A stretch of DNA of 64,000 nt. It comes from an uncultured Lachnospiraceae bacterium. GTDB taxonomy: Bacteria > Bacillota > Clostridia > Lachnospirales > Lachnospiraceae. Position numbers and translations under genes: made by a program. The DNA lies in contig CAJTKU010000001.1 in assembly GCA_910577015.1 (NCBI GenBank), positions 185,298 through 249,297 of the forward strand, read 5' to 3'. The notes below the pieces were generated by a model that had not been told where the DNA came from, did no database searches, and saw only the letters and a list, made by a program, of their open reading frames with translations. Positions 27,714-37,097 of the stretch are shown here, piece after piece (position 1 is the stretch's first letter; the number at the start of each line of letters is the position of its first letter).

Positions 27714-29930
27714 AGTGATGGCCTTGAACAAATCCCCGTCATTTTCCAGTACGAAAAGGCCTCCCTGTAATTCCACAAAACTCTTTACAATGGCAAGACC
27801 AAGACCGCTGCCCTCCGTGTTTCTGGATACATCCCCCCTGACAAACCTGTCTGTCAGCCGGGAGGCGTCCACGGTAATTTCCGCCGCCGAAATATTTTTC
27901 AAGGAAATGATAATCCGGTTATCCGTCCGCGTACCCTGCACATAAACCCGCGTGCCGGGCAGGGAATACTTTGCTATATTCTGGAACAGGTTTTCATATA
28001 TCCGATAGGTTTTCTGGCTGTCAAGGTAACAGATAACCTTTTCCTCCGGAAGTTCGAATCTCACGTCAAGCCCGGCTTTTTCCAGCTTATCCGACATTTC
28101 CAGTTCTACCTGCTTTACCAGATTACAAATGTCAACCTCTACGCAATGCAGGGAAACATTACCGCTGGTAGCCTTGCTTACCTCAAACAAATCTTCTATC
28201 AGCACCTTTAAACGCAAGGATTTTCTGTCCAGGGTATCCAGATATTCTTTCCTCTGCTCCTCCGTAATGTTTTCGTCCTTTAACAAATCCACATAAGTGA
28301 TGATAGCCGTAAGCGGCGTCTTCAAATCATGGGACACATTGGTAATCAGTTCCGACTTCATTTTCTGGCTCTTTACTTCTTCTTCCACCGCATTCCGAAA
28401 TCCTGTCTGAATCAGCAGTAATTGCTCTTTAAACGGCTCAAAAATCCCCAGGTCTTCCGTAATCGTCACATTTAAGTTCCCGGAGGATATTTCCTGTATC
28501 TTTTGTAACAGGATGGCGTATCTTCTCTGCATTCTATTGACATAAAACATAAGGCCGAAATACAGGCACACGGAATATACGATTGTGACAGTCATCCCTC
28601 CCAGCCACAAAAGACTGATGAAAAACAGCACCAATGCGTTAAGCAATACTATCTTTAATATCGTTCTCTTGGCTTTTTTTGTGACATCAATATGCTCCAA
28701 ATCATCATATAACTTGATAATCCGTCTTTTACAAAACGGAAATATCTTGTATATCAGGCTGTTAGACTTAATATATCCCTTAACCCCTTTTTCCCTTGCA
28801 GGTCTGAGCGAAAGCCCCAGATACCAGGCAAGCCCGAAAACAACATACAGAAGAACAAAATGGAGCAGGTAGGCAATAAGCCCTGCTGCAGATAAAGAAA
28901 CGTCTAAAAACAAAACAATGTTGTCGGCCGCCGTCCCGTCCAGAAGATAAATGATTTTCTCCAACAGCCATGAAGTACAGCACGCCAGAAAAAATAAAAT
29001 ACCGGCAACCGCCTCGAGGGGCAGATTTGTCAATCTGTTTTCCGCAAACTTTTTCCTGACAAGACCCTCCAGCGGCAAAAACAGCGCGAGCAGCCCTACG
29101 ATACAGAAAGCAAGAGTAATCCAGTTCATGACGCCGGACTCATAATACCGCCAATAGGTATTCTGATACACGCCATAGCTGTTGTATCCGTAATAAATAC
29201 TGCTCTCCGAAGAAAGGAACTGATTCCAGGCATCCTCCGTCATGCCATAGATAATCCTGCAGTTCTTAGGTCCCGCACCAAAACGTTGAAAATCCAACCC
29301 GCGGTAACTTCCGATTTTTTGCATCCAATTCTGTAGAAGCCCGTTTTTTGTGAGTACGCATTCCGACGCATTTTTCATTAAGAGGTCGGAGTTTTCCGAC
29401 TTTGCCGAAAGGATGGAGGCAGAACCGTTTTCATCGTATATCAATTCCAGATAATAGAAATAATCATTCCATTCATTGGATAAATTGACGGTCGTATTGC
29501 TGATGCTCGTACCGGATACGGTATCTTCCGCATAATATTCAAAGTAAGGAAGCAGCATAAAAAAACTGTTCTCCAATTCTGCCTTTAATGCATTGTCAAA
29601 AGTCCTTCCAAACGCCTGCAGTTCCTCCTCGCTGTATTCTTCATCGCTTTCCGAAAGCAGCCCATCCCGGTCCCTGATATAAATATCTGCGTAGGAAACA
29701 CTTTCCCCCAGCACTTTTTCGTATAGCGTTTTATACAATATATAATTTCCCTTAAAAAATGAACTGATGGTTCCTTCCGTTTCAAACGGGTTCACATAGG
29801 CGGAATTCACGTATCCTTTCACCGAGCCGTAAGAACTCATAATCACTGCCGCTGCAATAAGCGGAATCAAAAAAGAACACAATAAGAACAAAGCCTTTTT
29901 ATTTATTTTATTGGTTGTTTTATTTTTCAT
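27696..29930 (-). CDS. Sensor histidine kinase with large N-terminal extracytoplasmic domain
   Basis: 744 aa with H-box SHDLKTPLTAI, an N-box region and G2 box GSGLGLAIVK. About 250 aa lie between the first TM and a multi-TM block. Its 3-prime end overlaps the convergent LysR gene by 18 nt. Confidence 0.9.
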   Translation of the reverse strand: MKNKTTNKINKKALFLLCSFLIPLIAAAVIMSSYGSVKGYVNSAYVNPFETEGTISSFFKGNYILYKTLYEKVLGESVSYADIYIRDRDGLLSESDEEYSEEELQAFGRTFDNALKAELENSFFMLLPYFEYYAEDTVSGTSISNTTVNLSNEWNDYFYYLELIYDENGSASILSAKSENSDLLMKNASECVLTKNGLLQNWMQKIGSYRGLDFQRFGAGPKNCRIIYGMTEDAWNQFLSSESSIYYGYNSYGVYQNTYWRYYESGVMNWITLAFCIVGLLALFLPLEGLVRKKFAENRLTNLPLEAVAGILFFLACCTSWLLEKIIYLLDGTAADNIVLFLDVSLSAAGLIAYLLHFVLLYVVFGLAWYLGLSLRPAREKGVKGYIKSNSLIYKIFPFCKRRIIKLYDDLEHIDVTKKAKRTILKIVLLNALVLFFISLLWLGGMTVTIVYSVCLYFGLMFYVNRMQRRYAILLQKIQEISSGNLNVTITEDLGIFEPFKEQLLLIQTGFRNAVEEEVKSQKMKSELITNVSHDLKTPLTAIITYVDLLKDENITEEQRKEYLDTLDRKSLRLKVLIEDLFEVSKATSGNVSLHCVEVDICNLVKQVELEMSDKLEKAGLDVRFELPEEKVICYLDSQKTYRIYENLFQNIAKYSLPGTRVYVQGTRTDNRIIISLKNISAAEITVDASRLTDRFVRGDVSRNTEGSGLGLAIVKSFVELQGGLFVLENDGDLFKAITSFPCK

Positions 29931-29942
29931 AGCTTCCTTTCA

Positions 29943-30650
29943 TTACTGCTTTTCAATCTTATACCCGACCCCCCAGACCACTTTCAGGTACTTGGGATTT
30001 TTGGGGTCAATCTCAATTTTTTCCCTGATATTCCTTACATGCACCATTATGGTGTCTGTATTGACTGCTTTCTCATTCCATATTCTCTCATAGATTTCGT
30101 CCGCTGAAAAAACCCTCCCCGGATTTTTGATTAAAAGCTGCACAATCTTAAACTCCATGGGCGTCATCTTTACCGGATTGCCATCCACGCTGACCTCCAC
30201 TGTTTCCTCGTTCAGTTCCAGTCCGCCGATGGTATAAATATGTTCCGCATTTTCCGACTTTGTGGCATTCAGGTATTTGGAATACCTGCGCAGATGGGAA
30301 TTGACCCTGGCAAGCAGTTCCATGGGCGTAAAAGGCTTTGTCACATAGTCGTCGGCGCCCATATTCAGACCGAGAATCTTATCAACCTCCTCCGACTTCG
30401 CCGAAAGCATGATAACGGGAAACTCCTGTCCCATGGCCCTCAGCTTCATCAGCATGGTAACCCCGTCCATGACAGGCATCATAATGTCCACGATAGCCAG
30501 ATGGATTTCTTTTTCCTCCACAACCGAAAGCCCTTCCCTGCCGTTTGCCGCCTGGAACACTTCATATCCCTGGTTTCTCAAATAAATTTCTATGCCTTCC
30601 CTGATTTCCTTATCATCTTCCACAATTAAGATACGATACTTAGTTTCCAC
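29943..30650 (-). CDS. OmpR-family response regulator
   Basis: GTG start at 30650 behind gagggg. RILIVEDD receiver domain, and a winged-helix C-terminus ending YLKVVWGVGYKIE. Confidence 0.92.
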   Translation of the reverse strand: METKYRILIVEDDKEIREGIEIYLRNQGYEVFQAANGREGLSVVEEKEIHLAIVDIMMPVMDGVTMLMKLRAMGQEFPVIMLSAKSEEVDKILGLNMGADDYVTKPFTPMELLARVNSHLRRYSKYLNATKSENAEHIYTIGGLELNEETVEVSVDGNPVKMTPMEFKIVQLLIKNPGRVFSADEIYERIWNEKAVNTDTIMVHVRNIREKIEIDPKNPKYLKVVWGVGYKIEKQ

Positions 30651-31861
30651 TTTTCCGCCCCTCTTCTATATTTTGTAATATCTGAATGGTATTCTTCTAT
30701 TACCCTATTATACTGTCGAAGGGCCTCTTCCGCAATATTACTTTCATTAAACATGACAGCGCTGTCTTCCGCCCCCTTCCTCAAGCTGCGGCGAAGCTGT
30801 CCGTCCGTTATCAGAAGATGCATCCTGTTAGAAAAAACATCCATGTTTTCCGGAACCAGAAATCCGTTCTTCCCGTCATCAACCAAATCTGACACTCCCG
30901 TCGCATTCACGCCGATGACCGGGGTTCCCGCCGCAAACGCCTCCAGAAGGACAATTCCCTGCGTTTCAGACCTGGAAGCAAACAGAAAAGCATCCGCAGC
31001 CCCATAGTAATCCTTTAACAACTTATTTTCCACCTTACCGGTAAAAATCACTTCCCCTGAAAGACCATACTCATTTGCCATTTTTTCAAGTTCTTTCTTG
31101 TCCGGGCCGTCCCCCACAAGCAGAAAGCGGAAATCTCCTCCGTATATTTTTTTAAATTTTTCTATGCTCTTTATCAGAAACGGAACATTTTTCTCCTTTG
31201 CCATTCTGGATACCGTGATGAACAGAGGACATGTTTCAGCCCCAAAACGGCTTCTGATTGCAAGCGCCTCCTTTCTGTCAACCTGAAAGCTTTCATCCGC
31301 AAGTCCCGTAGGCAAAACAGAAATTTTATCCCTTTCATAACCGCAATTGGAAGCAAGATAATCTTCCATTCCCGCGGTTGGCGCAAAAATATGATGGCAG
31401 TTTTTGAAGAAGCTCTTTAAGTATCCTTCTATCAGCCTTTCGGTAGTCCTCACAATTTTAGGATAGGCAAGCATTCTGCCCGGCATCACATAGTGTACAT
31501 ACTGCTCGTATCTGGTATGGTAGGTAAACGTCATGGGAATATTGTACTTTTTGGACAGATACACCGCCGTCTTTCCGATAACCATCGGATGGTGGACATG
31601 AATGATGTCAAACTTCCTCTTCTTAAACTCTTCTTCAATCCTTCTGTCAATGGGAGACGGTACCGATACACCCCCACATATTCCCTGAATAAGCGAATGA
31701 TACCTTACCGTATCGATTTCCTCCTGCTGTTCCTTGTAAGTGGGGGCAAAAACCACCACCTCATGCCCCAGCTTCCTAAGCCCTTCCGTAAGCCTTTCGA
31801 TACTGATGGGAACTCCTGCCACAAAGGGCTTGTAATTGTTTGTCATCATTGCAATTTTCAT
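30626..31861 (-). CDS. Glycosyltransferase family 4
   Basis: 411 aa with MKIAMMTNNYKPFVAGVPISIERL and the E..GIVLLEAFAAGTPVIG motif (GT-B, GT4-like). It overlaps the response regulator start by 25 nt. Confidence 0.85.
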   Translation of the reverse strand: MKIAMMTNNYKPFVAGVPISIERLTEGLRKLGHEVVVFAPTYKEQQEEIDTVRYHSLIQGICGGVSVPSPIDRRIEEEFKKRKFDIIHVHHPMVIGKTAVYLSKKYNIPMTFTYHTRYEQYVHYVMPGRMLAYPKIVRTTERLIEGYLKSFFKNCHHIFAPTAGMEDYLASNCGYERDKISVLPTGLADESFQVDRKEALAIRSRFGAETCPLFITVSRMAKEKNVPFLIKSIEKFKKIYGGDFRFLLVGDGPDKKELEKMANEYGLSGEVIFTGKVENKLLKDYYGAADAFLFASRSETQGIVLLEAFAAGTPVIGVNATGVSDLVDDGKNGFLVPENMDVFSNRMHLLITDGQLRRSLRKGAEDSAVMFNESNIAEEALRQYNRVIEEYHSDITKYRRGAEKWKLSIVS

Positions 31862-31889
31862 AATCGTTTTCTCCTTGTCAGCGGTAATT

Positions 31890-32399
31890 TCAGGCTAAAT
31901 AAGTAAAAATGGCGTCTCCCAGAAAATAGCCGGCTCCTACAAAGACCAGATTCCAGATAAAAATACCTGCGGTGGAGCTGATTACATACTGGGGAAGTCT
32001 GATTTTCAACGCACCTGCCGGAATGGAAATCAAGGTTCGTATGGCAGGCAGAAGCTTTGCTATAAATACGCCTATGCAGCCTTTTTTTCTGAGCCATTCC
32101 ATATTTTTTTCAATTGTTTCACGCTGTTTGGGAAACTTTTTTGTGTATGCCTTCAGGAACACATCCCCACCAAGGTATCCGACGCCATACAGCATCAGGC
32201 TGCCAAGCAGTCCCGCACTAACCGAAAGCAGCATCACCATCGGAAAGGAAATCTGTCCCCTTTGTGCAAACACGCCTGCAAGCGGCATGATGATTCCTGC
32301 CGGAAAACCGGGCAGGTTTAAGTATTCCAAAAACACAATAACAAACACGGCAATCGCGCCATAACGCGTGAAATATTCCGTAATGCTGGCAAAATCCAT
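31890..32399 (-). CDS. DedA family membrane protein
   Basis: ORF 31890..32531. ATG 32399 (MDFASITEYFTRYGAIAVFVIVFLEYLNLPGFPAG) is 5 nt after GGAGG. Confidence 0.8.
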   Translation of the reverse strand: MDFASITEYFTRYGAIAVFVIVFLEYLNLPGFPAGIIMPLAGVFAQRGQISFPMVMLLSVSAGLLGSLMLYGVGYLGGDVFLKAYTKKFPKQRETIEKNMEWLRKKGCIGVFIAKLLPAIRTLISIPAGALKIRLPQYVISSTAGIFIWNLVFVGAGYFLGDAIFTYLA

Positions 32400-32553
32400 T
32401 TCTTCCTCCATTCCCAAGCATTTTGCTTTCTTTTGTATTTTGATGCTTTTAGTATAGATTCCATTTTGGAAATTGAAGCACAATAAAAGCCAAAGAATTT
32501 CTAAAGAAACTCTTTGGCTTTTATAAAACACCGATTATCTTTTCTTTTATGTA

Positions 32554-33642
<1,089 letters not shown>

Positions 33643-34146
33643 TTACTCTTCTATATATGTAATATTATCCGTTCCGCGGCTCAATCCTGCGATGCCGGTC
33701 CTCGCCAGTTCCAAAATCTCGTACCCTTCCAGCAGGCTGATAAAGGCGTCTATCTTTGTCTGGTCGCCGGTCATTTCCACAATCAGGCTTTCCGGACCCA
33801 CATCAATAATATTGGCGCGGAAAATCCCTGCCAGGGAAATCACTCCCTGCCGCTCGCTGGCCCTTGCGCGCACTTTAATCAGGGCAAGCTCCCTGTAAAC
33901 GCTCTCCTCCGGCCTTAACTCCTTGATATCCCTTATATCTACAAGCTTTGCAACCTGCTTTTCAATCTGCTCCAAAACCTGGTCGTCACCGCTTGTCACA
34001 ATCGTAATCCGCGAAAACCTGGGGTCTGCTGTCACCCCCGCTGTGATGCTCTCAATATTATAACCGCGTCTGGAAAATAATCCTGATATTCTGCTCAACA
34101 CGCCGGAAGTATTTTCCGCCAACAGTTGAAATACTTTTTTCTGCAA
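33643..34146 (-). CDS. ilvN: Acetolactate synthase small (regulatory) subunit, paralog 2
   Basis: ACT domain LLAENTSGVLSRISGLFSRRGYNIESIT plus a C-terminal ACT-like domain. The ORF track begins at TTG 34167. TTG 34146 is better spaced from GGAGG, so the start is uncertain. Confidence 0.85.
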   Translation of the reverse strand: MQKKVFQLLAENTSGVLSRISGLFSRRGYNIESITAGVTADPRFSRITIVTSGDDQVLEQIEKQVAKLVDIRDIKELRPEESVYRELALIKVRARASERQGVISLAGIFRANIIDVGPESLIVEMTGDQTKIDAFISLLEGYEILELARTGIAGLSRGTDNITYIEE

Positions 34147-34220
34147 TGCTTTTTCCTCCACTATCAATCATCCCTTAGTTTTTAACTATAGCAATAGTTG
34201 CGGGTGTTGTCAAGATTTTT

Positions 34221-34430
34221 GCATGAAGGGATGCTGTCGTTAGGATGTCGCGAGTGACGCGGGATGAAACGGATATTCCCGCGTCACCGCGCTTTCGCTC
34301 TGTTAAAAACGTAACAGTGCTAAGCTCGAAAATACCTCGCTAAGCGCTGACGTTTTTAAAAGGGTTCCTTCGGGAATATCCGTTCCATCCCGCTGTTTCC
34401 CAAAGCGGCCGCCTGACGGCATCCCGCATG
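34221..34430. repeat. Nested palindromic intergenic element, copy B1 (diverged, same orientation as A)
   Basis: gggatgaaacggatattccc pairs with gggaatatccgttccatccc. The outer pair is gcatgaagggatgc / gcatcccgcatg. The core is cgcgctttcgctctgttaaaaacg...cgtttttaaaag. Confidence 0.75.
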
Positions 34431-34513
34431 TACTGTAGTATTTTTTAGAAGTTTACGGGCAGGCGGCGTATCCTGCTAAATCAGGACACTTTGTGAGGGA
34501 ACGCCGTGTTACA

Positions 34514-34651
34514 GCAGCCGGAAGCCTTATATTCCTGTGAAGACCTTTTAAAAACGCCGGCATTTAGGCGCTGTATTTCAGCGCCTTACGTGCCGCTGCG
34601 TTTTTAAAGAGCGAAAGCGCGTCTGAATGGGAATATAAGGCTTCCGGCTGC
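34514..34651. repeat. Nested palindromic intergenic element, copy B2
   Basis: A perfect 21-bp basal stem, cagccggaagccttatattcc / ggaatataaggcttccggctg. The core is aaaaacgccggcatttag-gcgct(gtatttc)agcgc-cttacgtgccgctgcgttttta. Confidence 0.85.
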
Positions 34652-34692
34652 GTCACTCTCGTCACACCCTTTACCTTAAACGGCGCTTGCCC

Positions 34693-35181
34693 CTAGGTAT
34701 CGCTCTCCGAACACTTCGGCAGCGCCAGCGTCCCCGTCCTTGCCACTTCCACGATGCTGATGGATGCCAGCATCTGGATGAACAGCTTGGTTTTTTCGGG
34801 AATGTCGCAGACCTGAATCATCATCTGGCTCTTGGACATGTCCACGATATCCGCTTTCATCATTTCACAGATTTCCATGATTTCGCGGCGGGTGGTTTTG
34901 TTGTATTTTACCTTTATCAGCATCAATTCCCTGCTGATGCTGCGCGACTCATCAAAGGTTTTTACTTTTATGACATCCAGCTTTTTATTCAATTGTTTTT
35001 CTATCTGCTCTATGGTGCGCTCGTTGCCGCTGGAAACAATGGTCATGCAGGATACGGCGGAATCGTCCGTTTCTCCTACCGCAAGACTGTCAATATTGAA
35101 GCATCTTCTGGAAAAGAGCCCTGCCACCTTGCACAATACGCCGGAACGGTTCTCCACCAGTACTGAATATATCTTTTTCAT
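34693..35181 (-). CDS. ilvN: Acetolactate synthase small (regulatory) subunit, paralog 1
   Basis: ATG 35181 (MKKIYSVLVENRSGVLCKVAGLFSRRCFNIDSL). It lies 18 nt downstream of the ilvB stop. Confidence 0.88.
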   Translation of the reverse strand: MKKIYSVLVENRSGVLCKVAGLFSRRCFNIDSLAVGETDDSAVSCMTIVSSGNERTIEQIEKQLNKKLDVIKVKTFDESRSISRELMLIKVKYNKTTRREIMEICEMMKADIVDMSKSQMMIQVCDIPEKTKLFIQMLASISIVEVARTGTLALPKCSESDT

Positions 35182-35199
35182 AAGCAAAACCCTTCCTTC

Positions 35200-36816
35200 C
35201 TACTTTACCAAATCCATGGGGTCAATCAGGCATTCCAGCAGCATTGTCTTGTCCTCTTTTAAAAATGCGTCGATAATTTCCTCCGCTTTCTCCATATTTT
35301 CCAGCCTGAGGAACGGGATTTCATATGCCGCCGAAAGCTTTTCCAAATCAGGACTTCCCGAAAGGTCCACCACGGAATACTGGTCTTTATATGTGTAATG
35401 CTGGTATTCCCTTACCATACCCAGATAATTGTTTTTTAGGACGATTATCTTTACCGGTATCTGATGCTGTCTTATGGTCGCAAGTTCCATCATGGACATC
35501 TGGAAGGAGCCGTCGCCGCAGACAGCGATAACCTGCTTTGACATATCTGCCAGTTTTGCTCCCATAGCCGCCGGAATGGAATATCCCATCGTACCCATAC
35601 CTCCGGAGGTAAGAAATTTCCCCTCTTTCACAATATGATATCCGCAGGACCATATCTGGTTCTGTCCTACGTCTGCCACATAGACGCCGTCAGCCTGCAT
35701 TTTTTCGGATAGCCGGGTGATAAAAGCAGCCGGGTCCACATAGGCAGGATTGGGCGTCCTCTTTTTTTCCATGGTGGAACGGTATCCGTCCAACGCCTCT
35801 ATCCACTCTTCATGCTCGCAGGCAAATTCCTGTTGGGCAAAATCCATAAAAATATTTCTGGCGTCCCCTACCAACGGTATGGTCGGTCCCGCATTCTTAC
35901 CTATTTCCGCCGGGTCCACATCGATATGTACAAGCACCTTATTCTGCGTAATCAAATCCGGCTGGCTCACCGCGCGGTCTGCCACGCGCGCCCCCACCAT
36001 AATCAGCATGTCGGACTCATTCATTGCCCTGTTGGCATATGCTTTTCCGTTGTTTCCCACCATTCCGTAGTAGAGCGGATGCTCCGTGGGCATAACGCCG
36101 ATACCCATCATGGTGGATACAACCGGAATCCTGTGCTTTTCCGCAAAACTCCTAAGTTCCTCCTTGCCGCCGCTTAACAAAACGCCGCCGCCGGCACAGA
36201 TAATGGGACGTTTTGCATGTTCAAGCTCCTTTACCACTTTCTTAATCTGGACTGCATGTCCTTTGACCGTGGGCTTATAAGTCCTTAAGGATACTTCTTC
36301 CGGATAAGAAAAACGGCTGATTGCCGCATTCTGCACGTCAATGGGTATGTCAATCAAAACCGGACCCTTTCTTCCTGAATTGGCAATGTAGAACGCCTCC
36401 TTAAAAATCCGGGGAATCTCCTGTACATTTTTTACCAGATAGCTGTATTTCACGAAAGACTCAACCGCCCCCGTAATATCCGCCTCCTGGAACACATCGC
36501 TTCCCAGCAATTCACTGTCTACCTGTCCGGTAATGCAGATTAAAGGTATGCTGTCCGCAAACGCTGTTGCTATGCCGGTGATGACATTGGTGGCTCCCGG
36601 ACCGGACGTTACGGCGCACACACCGGGCCTGCCGGTGATTCTTGCCATGCCGCTTGCCGCATGTGCGGCATTCTGCTCCGTACGAATCAGAACGGTCCTG
36701 ATATCAGACTGTAAGATACTATTATAAAAAGGACAGATAGCGACTCCCGGATAGCCAAAGACTACTTCCACACCTTCCGCCTCGAGACATTTGATTATGG
36801 CATCTGCTCCTATCAT
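35200..36816 (-). CDS. ilvB: Acetolactate synthase large (catalytic) subunit
   Basis: 538 aa with MIGADAIIKCLEAEGVEVVFGYPG and the ThDP motif GDGSFQM...N. SD gggagg is upstream. Confidence 0.92.
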   Translation of the reverse strand: MIGADAIIKCLEAEGVEVVFGYPGVAICPFYNSILQSDIRTVLIRTEQNAAHAASGMARITGRPGVCAVTSGPGATNVITGIATAFADSIPLICITGQVDSELLGSDVFQEADITGAVESFVKYSYLVKNVQEIPRIFKEAFYIANSGRKGPVLIDIPIDVQNAAISRFSYPEEVSLRTYKPTVKGHAVQIKKVVKELEHAKRPIICAGGGVLLSGGKEELRSFAEKHRIPVVSTMMGIGVMPTEHPLYYGMVGNNGKAYANRAMNESDMLIMVGARVADRAVSQPDLITQNKVLVHIDVDPAEIGKNAGPTIPLVGDARNIFMDFAQQEFACEHEEWIEALDGYRSTMEKKRTPNPAYVDPAAFITRLSEKMQADGVYVADVGQNQIWSCGYHIVKEGKFLTSGGMGTMGYSIPAAMGAKLADMSKQVIAVCGDGSFQMSMMELATIRQHQIPVKIIVLKNNYLGMVREYQHYTYKDQYSVVDLSGSPDLEKLSAAYEIPFLRLENMEKAEEIIDAFLKEDKTMLLECLIDPMDLVK

Positions 36817-36864
36817 ACTGTTTCCTCCCTGCTGTTCTTTTTTGAATGATACACGTATACGGAC

Positions 36865-36894
36865 ATTTTAGCACAGTAAAGTATAATATTTCAA
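36865..36894 (-). promoter_or_regulatory. Putative ilvB promoter (TTGAAA-N18-TAAAAT, TG-extended)
   Basis: The minus strand reads ttgaaa tattatactttactgtgc taaaat. It lies between palindromic element C and the ilvB SD. Confidence 0.5.
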
Positions 36895-36906
36895 CAAAAA
36901 TTTTAT

Positions 36907-37091
36907 GATTCCGCATACGGCATGGCGGCAGCCCCGGCGCGCATTTGATTCCATAAAGGACCGTGTAAAAACACCGGCATTTAGAGGTTGTATTTTAACC
37001 TCTTATGTGCCGCTGTGTTTTTACCCGAGTGAGAACGTGTCCTGTTGGAACAAATGCGCGCCGGGGCTGCCGCCATGCCGTATGCGGAATC
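36907..37091. repeat. Nested palindromic intergenic element, copy C (185 bp, 41-bp perfect basal stem)
   Basis: gattccgcatacggcatggcggcagccccggcgcgcatttg (36907-36947) is the exact reverse complement of 37051-37091. The core is aaaaacaccggcatttag-aggtt(gtatttt)aacct-cttatgtgccgctgtgttttta. Confidence 0.9.
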
Positions 37092-37097
37092 ACAAAT

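Noticed and set aside
36817-36870. A 17-codon upstream ORF (MSVYVYHSKKNSREETV) ending in an ATGA overlap with ilvB, considered as a possible branched-chain amino acid leader peptide.
   Set aside because: It has only two Val codons and no Ile/Leu run. Its ATG overlaps the predicted -10 hexamer, so it would not be on the transcript. No alternative terminator/antiterminator pair was seen.
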